43,802 bases of DNA, from contig NC_057720.1 of NCBI RefSeq assembly GCF_004010195.1, forward strand, positions 16,032,902-16,076,703, in the 5' to 3' direction. This DNA comes from Chiloscyllium plagiosum. Its lineage: Eukaryota. Both the position numbers and the translations under genes were made by a program. This document shows, in pieces, positions 1 to 11,356 of the stretch (position 1 is the stretch's first letter; every line of letters starts with the position of its first letter). The notes under the pieces were generated by a model. That model worked only from the letters and a program-made list of their open reading frames with translations, was not told where the DNA came from and did no database searches.

Positions 1-78
1 GACTCATTTTGAACTGGCTGGTCATAGCCCATGTACTGTGCACATTTAAGTAAAGGGTGACTTGGTACAGTTATTTCA
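1..78 (+). mobile_element. 3' part of a short LTR, related to 29487-29882 and 31062-31287
   Basis: TAAAGGGTGACTTGGT...GTTATTTCA matches the 3' end of the two other LTR copies in this window. Confidence 0.55.
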
Positions 79-89
79 GATGCCCTGAA

Positions 90-278
90 AGACATTAGTG
101 AACTAGATGGGGTTTTCCTCAGCAATTGACATTGGCTTCAAGGACTCGTAAATGCAGATTTTTATCCAATTCAAATTCCACTATCAGCCTTGGTGAGATT
201 CGAATCTAGGTCCCCAGAACTTCGAGGATCTCTGAACGAATAGTCTCACAATAATATTATCAGATCATTGCTTCCCCC
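90..278 (-). mobile_element. tRNA-derived SINE (family B), head and body
   Basis: Minus strand has a B-box-like AGATTCGAATC. Body GACATTAGTGAACTAGATGG matches the copies at 3600-3770 and 15031-15110. Confidence 0.7.
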
Positions 279-1571
279 ATATGGTGAGATAAGGAGAACG
301 AGATAAAGGAGAAACTAAAACATGATGTTAGGCCTGGCTGGGATTTAAAGGCTATCCCTACTCTGAATATGAAATAGATGCAGCCTATCTCTGCCCAGAA
401 AACACCAAGTGGATGCATATGGGTGGAAGGATTACCATCTTCATTCCTCCCAAAAGTAAATTCGCTGGGGTCTTAAAAGGCTGCAGTCCACCAAGAAAAG
501 AAAAGTTCTGATGGTGACTTCAAATTGGACTAATAGTTCACAATGACATGAGGGAGGTATACATGCTGTACTGCTCCCTTTGATGCTTAAAGGTCTGGGG
601 TATTATTGCCGGAGTGGACACTGGCCTTGTAATCTGTTTTTTTTTTACATCTCGTGCTATTTCTCTCATCCTCCAGATTTCTTTCCATTGTCCGTCGAAA
701 AGTGGCTCTATCCAATCAAGTAATTGAAACTTTGAGCTCATTGTTCCTTCTCACTTGCTTTGAGAACAATTTCTCAAACAGAGTCATCACGTTATCCCAC
801 CATCCCAACAGATTGGGGTCCTCACCAGAGGAAGGCAGAGGAAAGTAGACATGCAGCCTGACTCCAAAATAATTTCATGAAGCAAAATGAACCATTAGAT
901 GGAAGTGCACTTCAAAGAATCAGTTTTATATCATTATAGCCTTACCTCTAAATTTCACAGCAAGTAAGCAAAGCTCTAATATGGAACCATAGACTTTAAA
1001 AATAGTACCTGACGTACATTTGTTTCTGATATAAAGTGGCAGAAGACTAAATACTTAGAAAAATATAAATCTTGATAATTGTTTCTTTTAAAAAAATTCC
1101 GTTGTGCTGTTTTACTTAAATTGTACTCCACAAAAGTTTTAAATAAGATAGCAACACTGGCTTTAGTAGACTTAAAAGAACCATTAATAAAGCATTCTGC
1201 AAAACATTCTTGATTTGATATGACTTCCCTTGAGCTTATATTAAAAAAACTATTATCCAGTTGGTTTCTTTGAAGTGATTTCCTGCTGATTAGCTTTCTC
1301 TTTAAGTAGCTTGCCCTTTACTAAAGTGAACGTCTACAACTTAGCCATGTTTTTGTGCAGAGTTCTTACATTCCAGGCTAACTGCTAAGATGTGTTTTTT
1401 TGTAGGCTGGGCAGTGTCTTTCAGCTAGATCCAATTTCTGAGACGATGAGGAACCGTTTTCCTTGGAAGGCACTACATCAGTAGATACGCAGGGAAAAAA
1501 AGAATTGCAGGGTGAATATGACCCTGCAACTTCCCCCGAAATAAATACTCCTTCAAATTTATTTCAGAGTA

Positions 1572-2010
1572 ATAGAGATCCACAGCACAGAAACAGGCCA
1601 TTCAACCCATCATATCTGCGCCAGTCAAAAGCAAGCAGCTAACAATTCTAATCACATTTTCCAGCACTTGGCCTATAAACTTGCATGCCTTGGAATTGCA
1701 AGTGTGTATTAAATACTTCTTCAATATTTTGAAGCTTTCTGCTTCTGCCAATTTTGCAGGCAGGGAGTTCTAAATTCTTAATACCTCCTGGATGAAAAAC
1801 CTTTCCTTACATTGCCTCTAAACTTCCTGCCCCTTCCAACAATTCTGCATCCCCCAGTCATTGATTCCTTCATCAAAGGGAAAAGGTTTTTTTGGTCTAC
1901 CTTATCTCTCCCCTTCATAATTTTATACATTTCAATCATGCCCTTTCTCAATCTCCTCTGCTCTAAGGAAAACAACCCCAGTTTAACCAATCGCTCTTTA
2001 TAATTGAAAC
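1572..2010 (-). mobile_element. CR1 LINE 3' fragment (ORF2 C-terminus and 3' tail)
   Basis: ORF 1778-1990 reads KLGLFSLEQRRLRKGMIEMYKIMKG...FRGNVRK, the canonical CR1 ORF2 end. The tail ends ATGGCCTGTTTCTGTGCTGT. Confidence 0.9.
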
Positions 2011-3194
2011 TTCATAAAAAGAAAAATTGTTTTCTAGTACGAATTATCTACTATAAATGTATTGCCATACATTTATGTTGTAGATGCAATTGAAGCTTAA
2101 CGAGGTGACTATGTTAATAAACAAACTTTAAAGGGCTGTTTGTGGGTCTAATTCAGCATGAGAAATCAATGATTCGATAAAAGTCTGGAGTCAAAAGTCT
2201 TTGAAGCCACTGGATGAATAAGCACTGCCACTGCGGCTCTTCATGAAGCTGGCTATCACAAGGAGAACAAGCAAGACACGTTTTACAAACAATACCACTT
2301 CCCACCACCCAACACTTTTCATTGTACGTGTCCCATTCGAGGCTGAGAGCACAGGTTTCCTTTTCGAAAGTTATGATGATACTTCACAACAACCAAAGTC
2401 ACTTTAATATGTGAGTTAGACTCAGTGGCAAACAGGGTGTTGTTTTACAGCGTGCTGAGAAATGGACGGCTCTGACAAGATCTGCATACTGGTAACTATG
2501 ACTCTATCATGAAGGCTGGCACCAGTGTATAATGTAAAAAACACAGCGAGGATTGTTCAGTAGCAACTCGATTTGTGACAAAATTGATTTCTTGCCAGAT
2601 GTCCAGACACCACTAATTATGGGGCCATGTACCTCGTTCTTGAGTTCAGTGTCAATCTACTCCATGTAATCTTTCTTTGGATTAGCTGCACTGAAAAACT
2701 GAACCTGGTTTGTGTCTCCTTTGCAACTTTTATCAGAGCAGTGAGGATGCATGAAACAGAATTGTACCTCTTGCCTAAGTGTCTACAGTTTATTCTGGAG
2801 GAGCAGTTGATGCAAAAACTATGCAACAGTTGAGCAGATAACATTTGCTGTTATGCATTGCCCAATCACGTATCAAGTGTTGGCATCATTTTATCCATGG
2901 AAGCAAGTAATTATGTGCACTGTTGCATCACCACTCCCCCCCACCCCAACCTCATTGCTTCTATTGCCTTCCATTGCACTGTGTACTTCTGACAATGCCA
3001 CATCTTCCTTCACTTGTTGTGAGATATGTCAACTGCCAGCCCATCTGCAGGCACCATCTCTACCTCTTTCCATGCAGAGGGTAAAGTGACTCATCATTTG
3101 CACCATCTTCTAAACTGGTAGAACTCATTAGTGTGTGTGTGTACGTTGCCTGAGGCCTCCATATCAGAGTGTGTGATATGGGTGGCACATTTTG

Positions 3195-3519
3195 TAGAAT
3201 CCATAGATTCCCTACAGTGTGGAAACAGGCCATTCGGCCCATTGAGTCCACCCCACCACTCCCTCCTCACAAATCCTGCAGTTCCCATGGCTAATCCACC
3301 TTGCCTGCATATTCCGAAACACTATGAGCAACTTAGCACAACCAATCCATCGAGCCTAAACATCTTTGGACTGTGGGAGGAAACTGCAGCACACAGAGGG
3401 AGCCCAGGCAGACATGGGAAGAATGTGCAAATGCCATGCAGACAGTCACCCGAGGGTAGAATTGAACCCAGGTCCCAGCATTGTGAGGCAACAGCGCTAA
3501 CCACTAGGCCACTGTGTCA
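3195..3519 (-). mobile_element. HE1-like V-SINE
   Basis: A-box GTGGCCTAGTGGTTAGC, B-box GGTTCAATTC, V-domain-like TTTGCACATTCTTCCCATGTCTGC...CTCCCACAGTCCAAAGATG, and CR1-type tail GGGCCGAATGGCCTGTTTCCACACTGTAG. Confidence 0.9.
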
Positions 3520-3599
3520 TTCCAAAACTTCAATACAGACACTGCTGTAAGATCACGGAAACACGTGACCACATAGGCTACAGGAAAACCATACATACT

Positions 3600-3770
3600 T
3601 TATTTTTATTTACTCACAGGATGTGGGCATTTCTGGCTAGACCAGTATTTATTGCCTAAAACCTAATGGTCCAGAGGGCAATTAAGAGTCAACCACTGCC
3701 TGGAGTCACATGCAGGCCAGACCAGGTAAGGATGCCAGTTTCCTTCCCTAAAGTACATTAGTGAAGCAGA
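3600..3770 (-). mobile_element. tRNA-SINE family B, 3' part
   Basis: Minus-strand tail GGCAATAAATACTGGTCTAGCCAGAAATGCCCACATCCTGTGAGTAAATAAAAATA, matching the LINE tail at 20876-21035. Confidence 0.8.
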
Positions 3771-4059
3771 ACCATGCCAAATCCACTGCACCTGCTTGCC
3801 CACACCCATTATAACAATATTCCTGATAATATTCTCTACAAATATTATGAAAAGTTTGGGCTGTTAACTTATTCTACTCATCTATATCTGCCCTTCTGCT
3901 GAAAGTAGATTTTTTCAGAAGATAAATATGCTGTGAAAGTTTTCTGACCTTATCTATCATTTGTTGGAATATAAACATTTTTCCTGCAGGAACTTCTAAG
4001 GGTTTTGGAGACAAATTGAGCATTTCATAATTGATCATTCTGAATGAATAAAGTTAGTT

Positions 4060-4286
4060 AGGAGCAAGTGAGGACTGCAGATGCTGGAGATCAGAGCTGA
4101 AAAATGTGTTGCTGGAAAAGCGCAGCAGGTCAGGCAGCATCCAAGGAGCAGGAGAATCGACGTTTCGGGCATAAGCCCTTCTTCAGGAATGAGGAGGGTG
4201 TGCCAAGCAGGCTAAGATAAAAGGTAGGGAGGAGGGACTTGGGGGAGGGGCGTTGGGATGCGATAGGTGGAATTGGGAATGCGATA
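4060..4286 (-). mobile_element. Penelope-like element 3' end (pLTR plus tail), left arm of an inverted pair
   Basis: Near-identical reverse complement of 7140-7320. Carries the hammerhead motif and the tail GATCTCCAGCATCTGCAGTCCTCAC. Confidence 0.85.
4159..4186 (-). ncRNA. Minimal type I hammerhead ribozyme motif
   Basis: Minus strand reads CTGAAGA-A-GGGC-TTAT-GCCC-GAAAC-GTC: CUGANGA core, 4-bp stem II, GAAA, palindromic ACGT helix III, GUC cleavage triplet. Stem I pairing is weak. Confidence 0.7.
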
Positions 4287-5331
4287 TTTGTGCTGGCCAT
4301 AGACACGAGCCAGCTAATATGTTGAACAAAATGCTGCTTTATTCCTATGGGTTGCCTCAAGAGCCATGCTGTCTATAATCTCATTGGTAATATCTTGAAC
4401 AGAACTCAACATTTTATGGTGCTCTGCCGCTTACTGTCCTATCCAACCCACTTTTTTTTATCCTGGTATTCCTGGCCTACTATCATCCTCAGCATTTCCT
4501 AAATTGAACTCAATTGGGCCTCTAATTCTGCTATGTAAAGGGTGCTAACAGTAGCCAACCCTGATGCATAGCCTGCTCCAGCTAACTCCATCAACCCCAT
4601 CTTTCTCCCTTTTCTTTCTGATATAAATTCACCATGACTAAATTGCCTCTGAAGTAGCTACTAGATTGTGCTATCACATGAGGATGACACCTGGATGTCT
4701 GTCAGGTTAAACACTATTGTATGTGTGTATGTTCTGAAATTTCATCCGTTTCTTCTAAAACTAAGCATACTCCCACAGTATTTCTCTGAGATTCTAGGAA
4801 TTATGATGGTGATAGTTGGTGGGTCATCTCTGTACAATATGAAGGGTACCAGCCCATAGCACCTATCCAAGTTGTCTCCATCCACCCTAGATGTATTTGG
4901 CTTTGTGTGGTAGGTTAAGGCTTACGCTCTAATCCATTCCATGTCGAAAAATGTGGTACTGGAAAAGCACAAAAAAACTCTCTAATCCACTCAATTGAGC
5001 TATCAAATACCATAGGTGTCCAGACTCAAACCTTAAGGCTTACTCTTGTCGCAAAAAACATCAGGAATATTACCTTCATTTTGACCAGCAGAGCCATTGT
5101 CTGAAGGGAGAGGTGAATCCCAAAACTTGATTTAAAAGGACCCACATTTCATCTGAACGCGTGATTGTCAACTGTGACATTTATTCAAATACTTAAGGTT
5201 TTACACTCTCACTTGATTATCGCCATCCCTTTCCTTCCATAATAAAAGTCTGGCAGCTGCCCATTCCAAGATCCTATGTTTATCCAAATCACAATTCCAA
5301 GGAAGACAACAATGACCATCAACTCTCCCAT
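4287..5331 (-). pseudogene. env: Decayed ERV envelope (class I fusion protein-like), N-terminal part
   Basis: Manual translation across stops and frameshifts. Signal-like MGELMVIVVFLGIVIWI (5331), N-glycan sequons (INVT, FNLT), basic site ERKGRKM, then GLMELAGAGYASGLATVSTLYIAELEAQLSSI (from 4597), a heptad-like stretch, and AAFCSTY-SWLVSMASTNI. Lies directly downstream of the integrase. Confidence 0.65.
4942..4979 (-). mobile_element. 38-bp PLE pLTR fragment inserted in env
   Basis: GTCGAAAAATGTGGTACTGGAAAAGCAC matches the PLE ends. Flanked by CTCTAATCCAttcca / CTCTAATCCActcaa (4927-4941, 4980-4994). Confidence 0.7.
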
Positions 5332-5759
5332 GGTTTGTCTCTTCCTGTATTTTATCATGTTTCCCACATTATATGCATAGTTTCTGCTCTTATTTACAGT
5401 TTATTCTATAACTTTTATTGTATTTATAGTGTTAATCTCCTCACCCCCCTCAGCCAATTCAAGGACTGGTTCCAGTCTTCAATCCCTTGCATCCTTCCAT
5501 TTCAGTTGGAGGGTGGATGGTTCATCCATTGTGATCCCCTTTATATTTTTTCCTTTTGTTTTTGTGTCCATTGCAGTACCTGAGGAGTCCATCTGACACC
5601 TAAGGGGTTTGGAAATAATGGTGCATCTACCAGATCTACGTTTTGTTCAGGTTGCTCTGCTCCTCTGATCCCCTGGTCTAAGTTCCAAAATCAATCCCAT
5701 TCTAAGTTTCTTAACTCTGGGGCATCACATTCTCCCAACATTGTGCAAATGATGATAAT

Positions 5760-6655
5760 TATCTTGCCCCCACTCCAAATGGGTTTAGTTGGTTAGTATA
5801 CCAGACACTATTGTTAGGGGCTGTTTGCACCTTGTATATTGGTGGACTTTGTTTGCCTATCACTTCCTATAGACCTGCAAATCTAGGAGCCAGCAAGGAT
5901 ATTGTTTAGTGTACGGGTATCATTACCTGATGCCCACCTGCAGCTCAATTGGCTTTGTCTCGGAGTCCAAAAGTGTTGTTTTTGTTACTTCTTGTTTCTT
6001 CCTTCCCATATTATTTGTGGCCACTCTTTTTTTTACACTGCCAACCATCTTTTGTACCCACTTATCTTTTACATTTCCATCTACTTCTGGCTTGGATAGG
6101 TCGAATCCTAGCAGTGGCTCCAGGCCTCGCATCTCTTGACCTGTCAACAACCAATAAGAGGTAAATCCATCAGGATATAAGGAAGTACCATCACCAAGTG
6201 GTCTGATAATTAAGTTGTCTGCTAACATGGTAGTATTTTTAACTCTTTTCAACCTCTGTTTCTCTCTTGTAGTAACAGCATCCAGCTAGCAATTCTGTTT
6301 TGGCTCACCACATCATTGTTAATACATCCATCCAGCAACATCTGAATGAGTATATGTTCTGTCAAAATTGACAATGGGTTCAGCCCTACAATTTAGGTAA
6401 AATATTGTCCTGGCCAGAACACTGCCAACAAATGCTTTTCAAATGCTGTTTATCCCCGCTCTACTGGCACGAGCATGTACAAGGTGAATGCTACTAATCT
6501 CAATTGACCATGCACCTCTTGTAATAAGACCATCAGTACTGTGGAGTCTATTGCAGCCACCTCCAAGGAGAATTGTTCAGCTGAGTTTGGGGTTTTTAGG
6601 GCAGGAGCACTCATCAAGCCCTGTTTCAAAGCTACTATTTCATGTTCTGGCTTCC
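5760..6655 (-). pseudogene. pol: Decayed retroviral/LTR pol: RT connection/RNase H-like domain, internal deletion, integrase C-terminus with GPY/F module
   Basis: Manual translation: EHEIVALKQGLMSAPALKTPN..FSLEVAA..VLLQEVHGQLRLVAF..PVERG*TAFEKHLLAVFW..IVGLNPLSILTEH..VSQNRIASWMLLLQ, then LADNL..YPDG/FTSYWLLTGQEMRG, then LAPRFAGL*EVIGKQSPPIYKVQ..WY-NQL. Confidence 0.85.
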
Positions 6656-7121
6656 NNNNNNNNNNNNNNNNNNNNNNNNNNNNNNNNNNNNNNNNNNNNN
6701 NNNNNNNNNNNNNNNNNNNNNNNNNNNNNNNNNNNNNNNNNNNNNNNNNNNNNNNNNNNNNNNNNNNNNNNNNNNNNNNNNNNNNNNNNNNNNNNNNNNN
6801 NNNNNNNNNNNNNNNNNNNNNNNNNNNNNNNNNNNNNNNNNNNNNNNNNNNNNNNNNNNNNNNNNNNNNNNNNNNNNNNNNNNNNNNNNNNNNNNNNNNN
6901 NNNNNNNNNNNNNNNNNNNNNNNNNNNNNNNNNNNNNNNNNNNNNNNNNNNNNNNNNNNNNNNNNNNNNNNNNNNNNNNNNNNNNNNNNNNNNNNNNNNN
7001 NNNNNNNNNNNNNNNNNNNNNNNNNNNNNNNNNNNNNNNNNNNNNNNNNNNNNNNNNNNNNNNNNNNNNNNNNNNNNNNNNNNNNNNNNNNNNNNNNNNN
7101 NNNNNNNNNNNNNNNNNNNNN
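6656..7121. other. Assembly gap (466 N)
   Basis: Run of n. Confidence 1.
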
Positions 7122-7320
7122 CCCTCACCTTAACCTCCTTCCACCGATCACATTCCCAACACCCCTCCCCCAAGTCCCTCCTCCCTACCTTTTATCTTAG
7201 CCTGCTTGGCACACCTTCCTCATTCCTGAAGAAGGGCTTATGCCCGAAACGTCAATTCTCCTGCTCCTTGGATGCTGCCTGACCTGCTGCGCTTTTCCAG
7301 CAACACATTTTTCAGCTCTG
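7122..7320 (+). mobile_element. Penelope-like element 3' region/pLTR without tail, right arm of the inverted pair
   Basis: Reverse complement of 4090-4272. Hammerhead motif at 7226-7253. Confidence 0.85.
7226..7253 (+). ncRNA. Minimal hammerhead ribozyme motif
   Basis: CTGAAGA-A-GGGC-TTAT-GCCC-GAAAC-GTC. Confidence 0.7.
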
Positions 7321-8146
7321 AATACAGTTAGTGCTCATTTTTGGCCTGAGTCTTAAATTATCTGTTTGGGTCCCATTCTGGCAACTATCAACAACACTCT
7401 TTGGTTCCCTGTATTTCGCATTCACATCAGCTTATTATATCAAAATGCTCAAAAACGTCATTTCCTATCTATAACCTAATCATCACTAATGGGACTCTCC
7501 TTACATTAATTCATGCTAATCCTCATTTTTCATCTTGGAGGTTTACTGACATCGTCTGCTGAATATCCTTCCATTCTCCAGTTCTATAACCACTTGAGAG
7601 TATAGCCTTGCTATTGTATCACACACTTGCTTAAGACTCTTGTTTCATGGCCTTCCCCACCAATCTACTGAGAGTCCTTTATTGTGCTTTGACGGCATCC
7701 TTTGGTAAATCATGTTTGACTCTTGCAGTTTCCTTCCATTACTCACAGTAACCACACTCTTAGAGGATGGATTTCTATTTACACTGTTTAAGGAGCTATT
7801 TGACCTGCACTCTTCAAGTTGTTGTTTGAATGGCTGCTATGAATCACAGAATCTTGCTGGGGGTTAGGAATTTTCAACACACTTGGGCAAGTGGATCATA
7901 GGGAGGGTAGGAATTAATTGGATGCTATCTGAAATCTCAAATGCATTCATTCCGACTTTATTGGCGGGGGGGTCAGGAAGTAAGCAGCCTATCCAGTCTT
8001 AGAAGAAAGGTCAGCCACTGAAAGCATTTAAGGAGACCTCCACATTGACAGTATGTTAATTTGTAGGTAATGGAGCCTGTGATTGCCAATGGGGATGATG
8101 GGAGCTGATTGAAGAAAGAGGGATTCTAAGAAACTCAGACTGCTCA

Positions 8147-8570
8147 GGAACATTGGAACAGGAATAAGCCATTTAAATCTGTTCCATCACTCAATGGGAT
8201 CATGGCTGATCTGTGACTTAATTCCATAAACCTGTCATTGGTTCATATTCCTTAATACCTTTGCTTAACAAAAACTAATCTATCTCACATTTAAAGTTAA
8301 TCCTGCATCCTCTGCAGAATTTCAAACCTCCTCTACCCTTTGTGTGTAGAAGTACTTTCTAACATGTCTCCTGAATGGCCTAGCCCTAAATCTAAGACTA
8401 CAGTATACCCCCAGTTCTAGAATCCCAACCAGTGAAAATAGTTTATCTTCATCTCCCTGCCTCTTCCTGTTAATATCTTGAAGACTTTAATCAAATCATC
8501 CCATAATCTTGTAAATACTAGAGAAAACAGGGCCTAATGTGTGTAACCTCTTCTCATTACTTAACCCTAA
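8147..8570 (-). mobile_element. Degraded CR1 3' fragment
   Basis: GGAACATTGGAACAGGAATAAGCCATT tail repeat, followed by sequence resembling the reverse of the CR1 ORF2 end, as at 26202-26640. Confidence 0.7.
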
Positions 8571-9447
8571 AGACCAAGGGAGTTGGCCCGTGTCCTTCTG
8601 CTGCCACTTACATCTACAAAGAAATTAGGCTGTTTTTGGATCACGCTATTGCCTCAAGGCTTCAACACGAGGCGTGATTGCTGGACTCGCTGCATTTTGC
8701 TAAAAATAAGTGCCAAGAAACGTGGCATTAAATGAAAGAAACAGTGTCACGGCAATGCAATACCAGCGTTGTCTGATGAGTCACCCCCACCAAAATGGCA
8801 CAAGCCATTCCCTATGACCCTGGCACATCTACTTTGAACTTAGGCAGGGATTTGGCTGCGCACTATTTGGACCAACGCTTGGTTCGTAATTTCCTTGCAG
8901 CTAATAGTCTCCATCTACTGCTCCCTTTCCCTTCATTTATGTTTCTGCTTTTTAAATCTCATACCCGGTTCAGCTCTGGTAAAAGCTGCTGCACAATGAA
9001 GGCATCTTTTATGGACTTTCAGAGTGCTTGAGGGCAAATTTCAAATTTAACAATAAGATAAACAAAAAGACAAGTCAGGCAAGATAGAGCGGCAAGTCCA
9101 TTTTCACCAGTTTTATGTTGCTGCTAATTCTTCCCTTTGTTTTTCCTTGTTCCAATCCATTTATCTGCATCTCTATAAATTTCCTGTGTGCAATTTTCCT
9201 TATCCACCAGCTAGAACTATCTGTATTTGAACCTGAAGTGGGTGAATTATTATTTGAAATTAATTTTCACTGGAAAACTTCACACTATTTGCAGTTCAAC
9301 ATGTCAAACAGAATTTGATTTTAAACTAGTTTTATCTCTGACTTATGCCTGCAGATGCAAGTCATTTTCTTCCCAGTAATGAAACATTTGAAAAATGCAC
9401 AGGCCAGTTCATCTCTCCCATCCATACATCCGCTCTTATTTGTATTG

Positions 9448-9692
9448 AAACATAGAAAGTGAGAGTTTGAGTGGGCCATTCAGCCCTTTGAGTCTTCTCT
9501 GCCGTTCATTCTGATCATCATTTTAGCCTCGTGTTTTTTCTGGTCACGAATTCCATAGGCTCATCACTCCCTGGGTGAAGAAGTTTCACAGCTCTCAATG
9601 GCCTACCCCACAACCTGAGTCTGTGATCCCTGGTTTTGGACTCCCCAGTAATTGGAGGCATCTTGCCTCTCTGGTCCTGTGAGAATTTTATG
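9448..9692 (-). mobile_element. Degraded CR1 3' fragment
   Basis: AAACATAGAA...GGGCCATTCAGCCCTTTGAG tail, and CATCACTCCCTGGGTGAAGAAG (reverse of the FFTQRVV region). Confidence 0.65.
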
Positions 9693-10689
9693 AGTTTACA
9701 CAGATGGTTTACCTCAGAAATACAAAATTTATAAAGGTGTGACCATTTGATTCCCTACTAGCATTTGACACTATTTTAAAATTTATCATCTTATTTTCAT
9801 CGAAGTAAATTTACTCTTTCATATGTAATTCTGGGAACTTGATGCCTATTTTAAGTTGGAAGCTGGAAGCAGACAAACTTGCTGAATTTACATTGTTCTG
9901 CCTGTAAGGTTGTGAGGCTTCATCTTCCCACCAAATACAGATATTCTTAAAAACTGCAACCACTGAGTTATAATAATATCTTGTTGTATTGGGAGCTACT
10001 TTACTCATGTCTCAACCGTTCTTTTGTTGTTGAAGGCTTTTTCGCAACAGACTGCAAAGAGTGAAGGAAAACCCAGCAAATCGAATAACATTTATAGAAC
10101 ATCTTTGAATGCTTCAGACTTTATTAATAAGACAGAACTTAAAAATATACGTATCACAGGCATCCTTGCAGGTGCCAAATGAAACAATGAATTACTTCAA
10201 CTGTCAACCTTTGACCCTTGTAGGATATGAGCCTCCGTCCAGCACGCTGTGAATTTGCTCATTATTTGAGACATATATCCTGCCTCAGTGTAGAATAGAG
10301 GCTGTTAATAATAGTTTAATTGTACACTCAGAACTTGTACAAGGCAGAGTTTTTTTTGAGAAGAGGGGTTTTAAAATGTGTGCGCTTCAGAAAAACAGTT
10401 TGTTAATTGTAATCCTAGCTCAATGTATTAAATACAGCATGACTAAAATCCAGAATTGAAAAATAATCAGTGAAATAAGATGATCCAGGAAAAGACTAAA
10501 TTGTCAGCCCAAAACCTCTTAGGTTTCATCCAGGAGCATAGCTCAGTCATCTGACGGATTGAAAAAAAAGTGGGAGAGTGATAGTAAGTTGGTCTACAGG
10601 AATAATACTCAGGATGTAGCATTGACAGGTAATTAGAACATACAAATTTAAGATAATTGGCATAAGAACTAGAAGAGAGTTTTTTCTTA

Positions 10690-10872
10690 GATGACAATTG
10701 CAATGCCTGGAAAGCAAATTCAGTAGTAGATTTCAGGTGGGAATCAAATAAATGCTTGAAAAGGGAAGAAAATTGACACATGAAAAGCAAAAGACAAGAG
10801 AAATGCAACAAACTAGAAAGCCCCTTCAGAGATTGGGTATAAAGACATATACCAAATGGTCTTTTTCTGTGG
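10690..10872 (+). mobile_element. Old CR1 3' end
   Basis: Decayed WNxLP...FKxELDKYL region, ending CCAAATGGTCTTTTTCTGTG. Confidence 0.5.
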
Positions 10873-11239
10873 AATAATTTGCCCACTCCATCAAATATCA
10901 TCCACATTACATTAGAAATAAGCAACAAATTGTACCAATTGTTAATAGTAAATCAGAATCTTCTTTGTACAAGGAGAATAACAGTTTTTTTTTCTTGGCA
11001 TGATAAACAAGGAGCCAATCCTGGCATTGAAATGCCAACACCCACTAAGCAATAATCCTTTATGGCTTTTGATTGATCTTTGTTGGAAATTCCTTATTCG
11101 TTGTCAGCAGGATTTTGAATTTCTCTCTAAGAAACGGAAAACCAGAAAGAATGGTCAGTAGCGGAGATGGGGTAAAAGCACATGTGTATAAACAAAACTT
11201 TATTGTACACTACTGAACCGACAAATTCAGTCATAAAGT

Positions 11240-11356
11240 TGTGGAGATCGGCAGCGTAAAAAAAGGCCTCTCGGCCTATTGTGTCCATGCTACAGTCAAA
11301 ACCAGACACCTAACTATTCTAATCCTTGGCCCATAACCTTGCATGCCTTGGCATTT
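11240..11356 (-). mobile_element. CR1 3' tail fragment, same subfamily as 1572-1700
   Basis: Shares CAGTCAAAA...CTAACTATTCTAATC...CTTGGCCCATAACCTTGCATGCCTTGG with 1620-1692. Confidence 0.6.

Noticed and set aside
1406..1511. Possible exon between TTTTTTTGTAG and GTGAAT
   Set aside because: Stops in all three frames and a weak donor.
6488..7282. ORFs of 163-264 aa
   Set aside because: Artefacts of translating through the N gap.
10467..10928. 153-aa minus-strand ORF
   Set aside because: Overlaps the antisense strand of an old CR1 end; Leu/Phe/Ser-rich with no domain signal.
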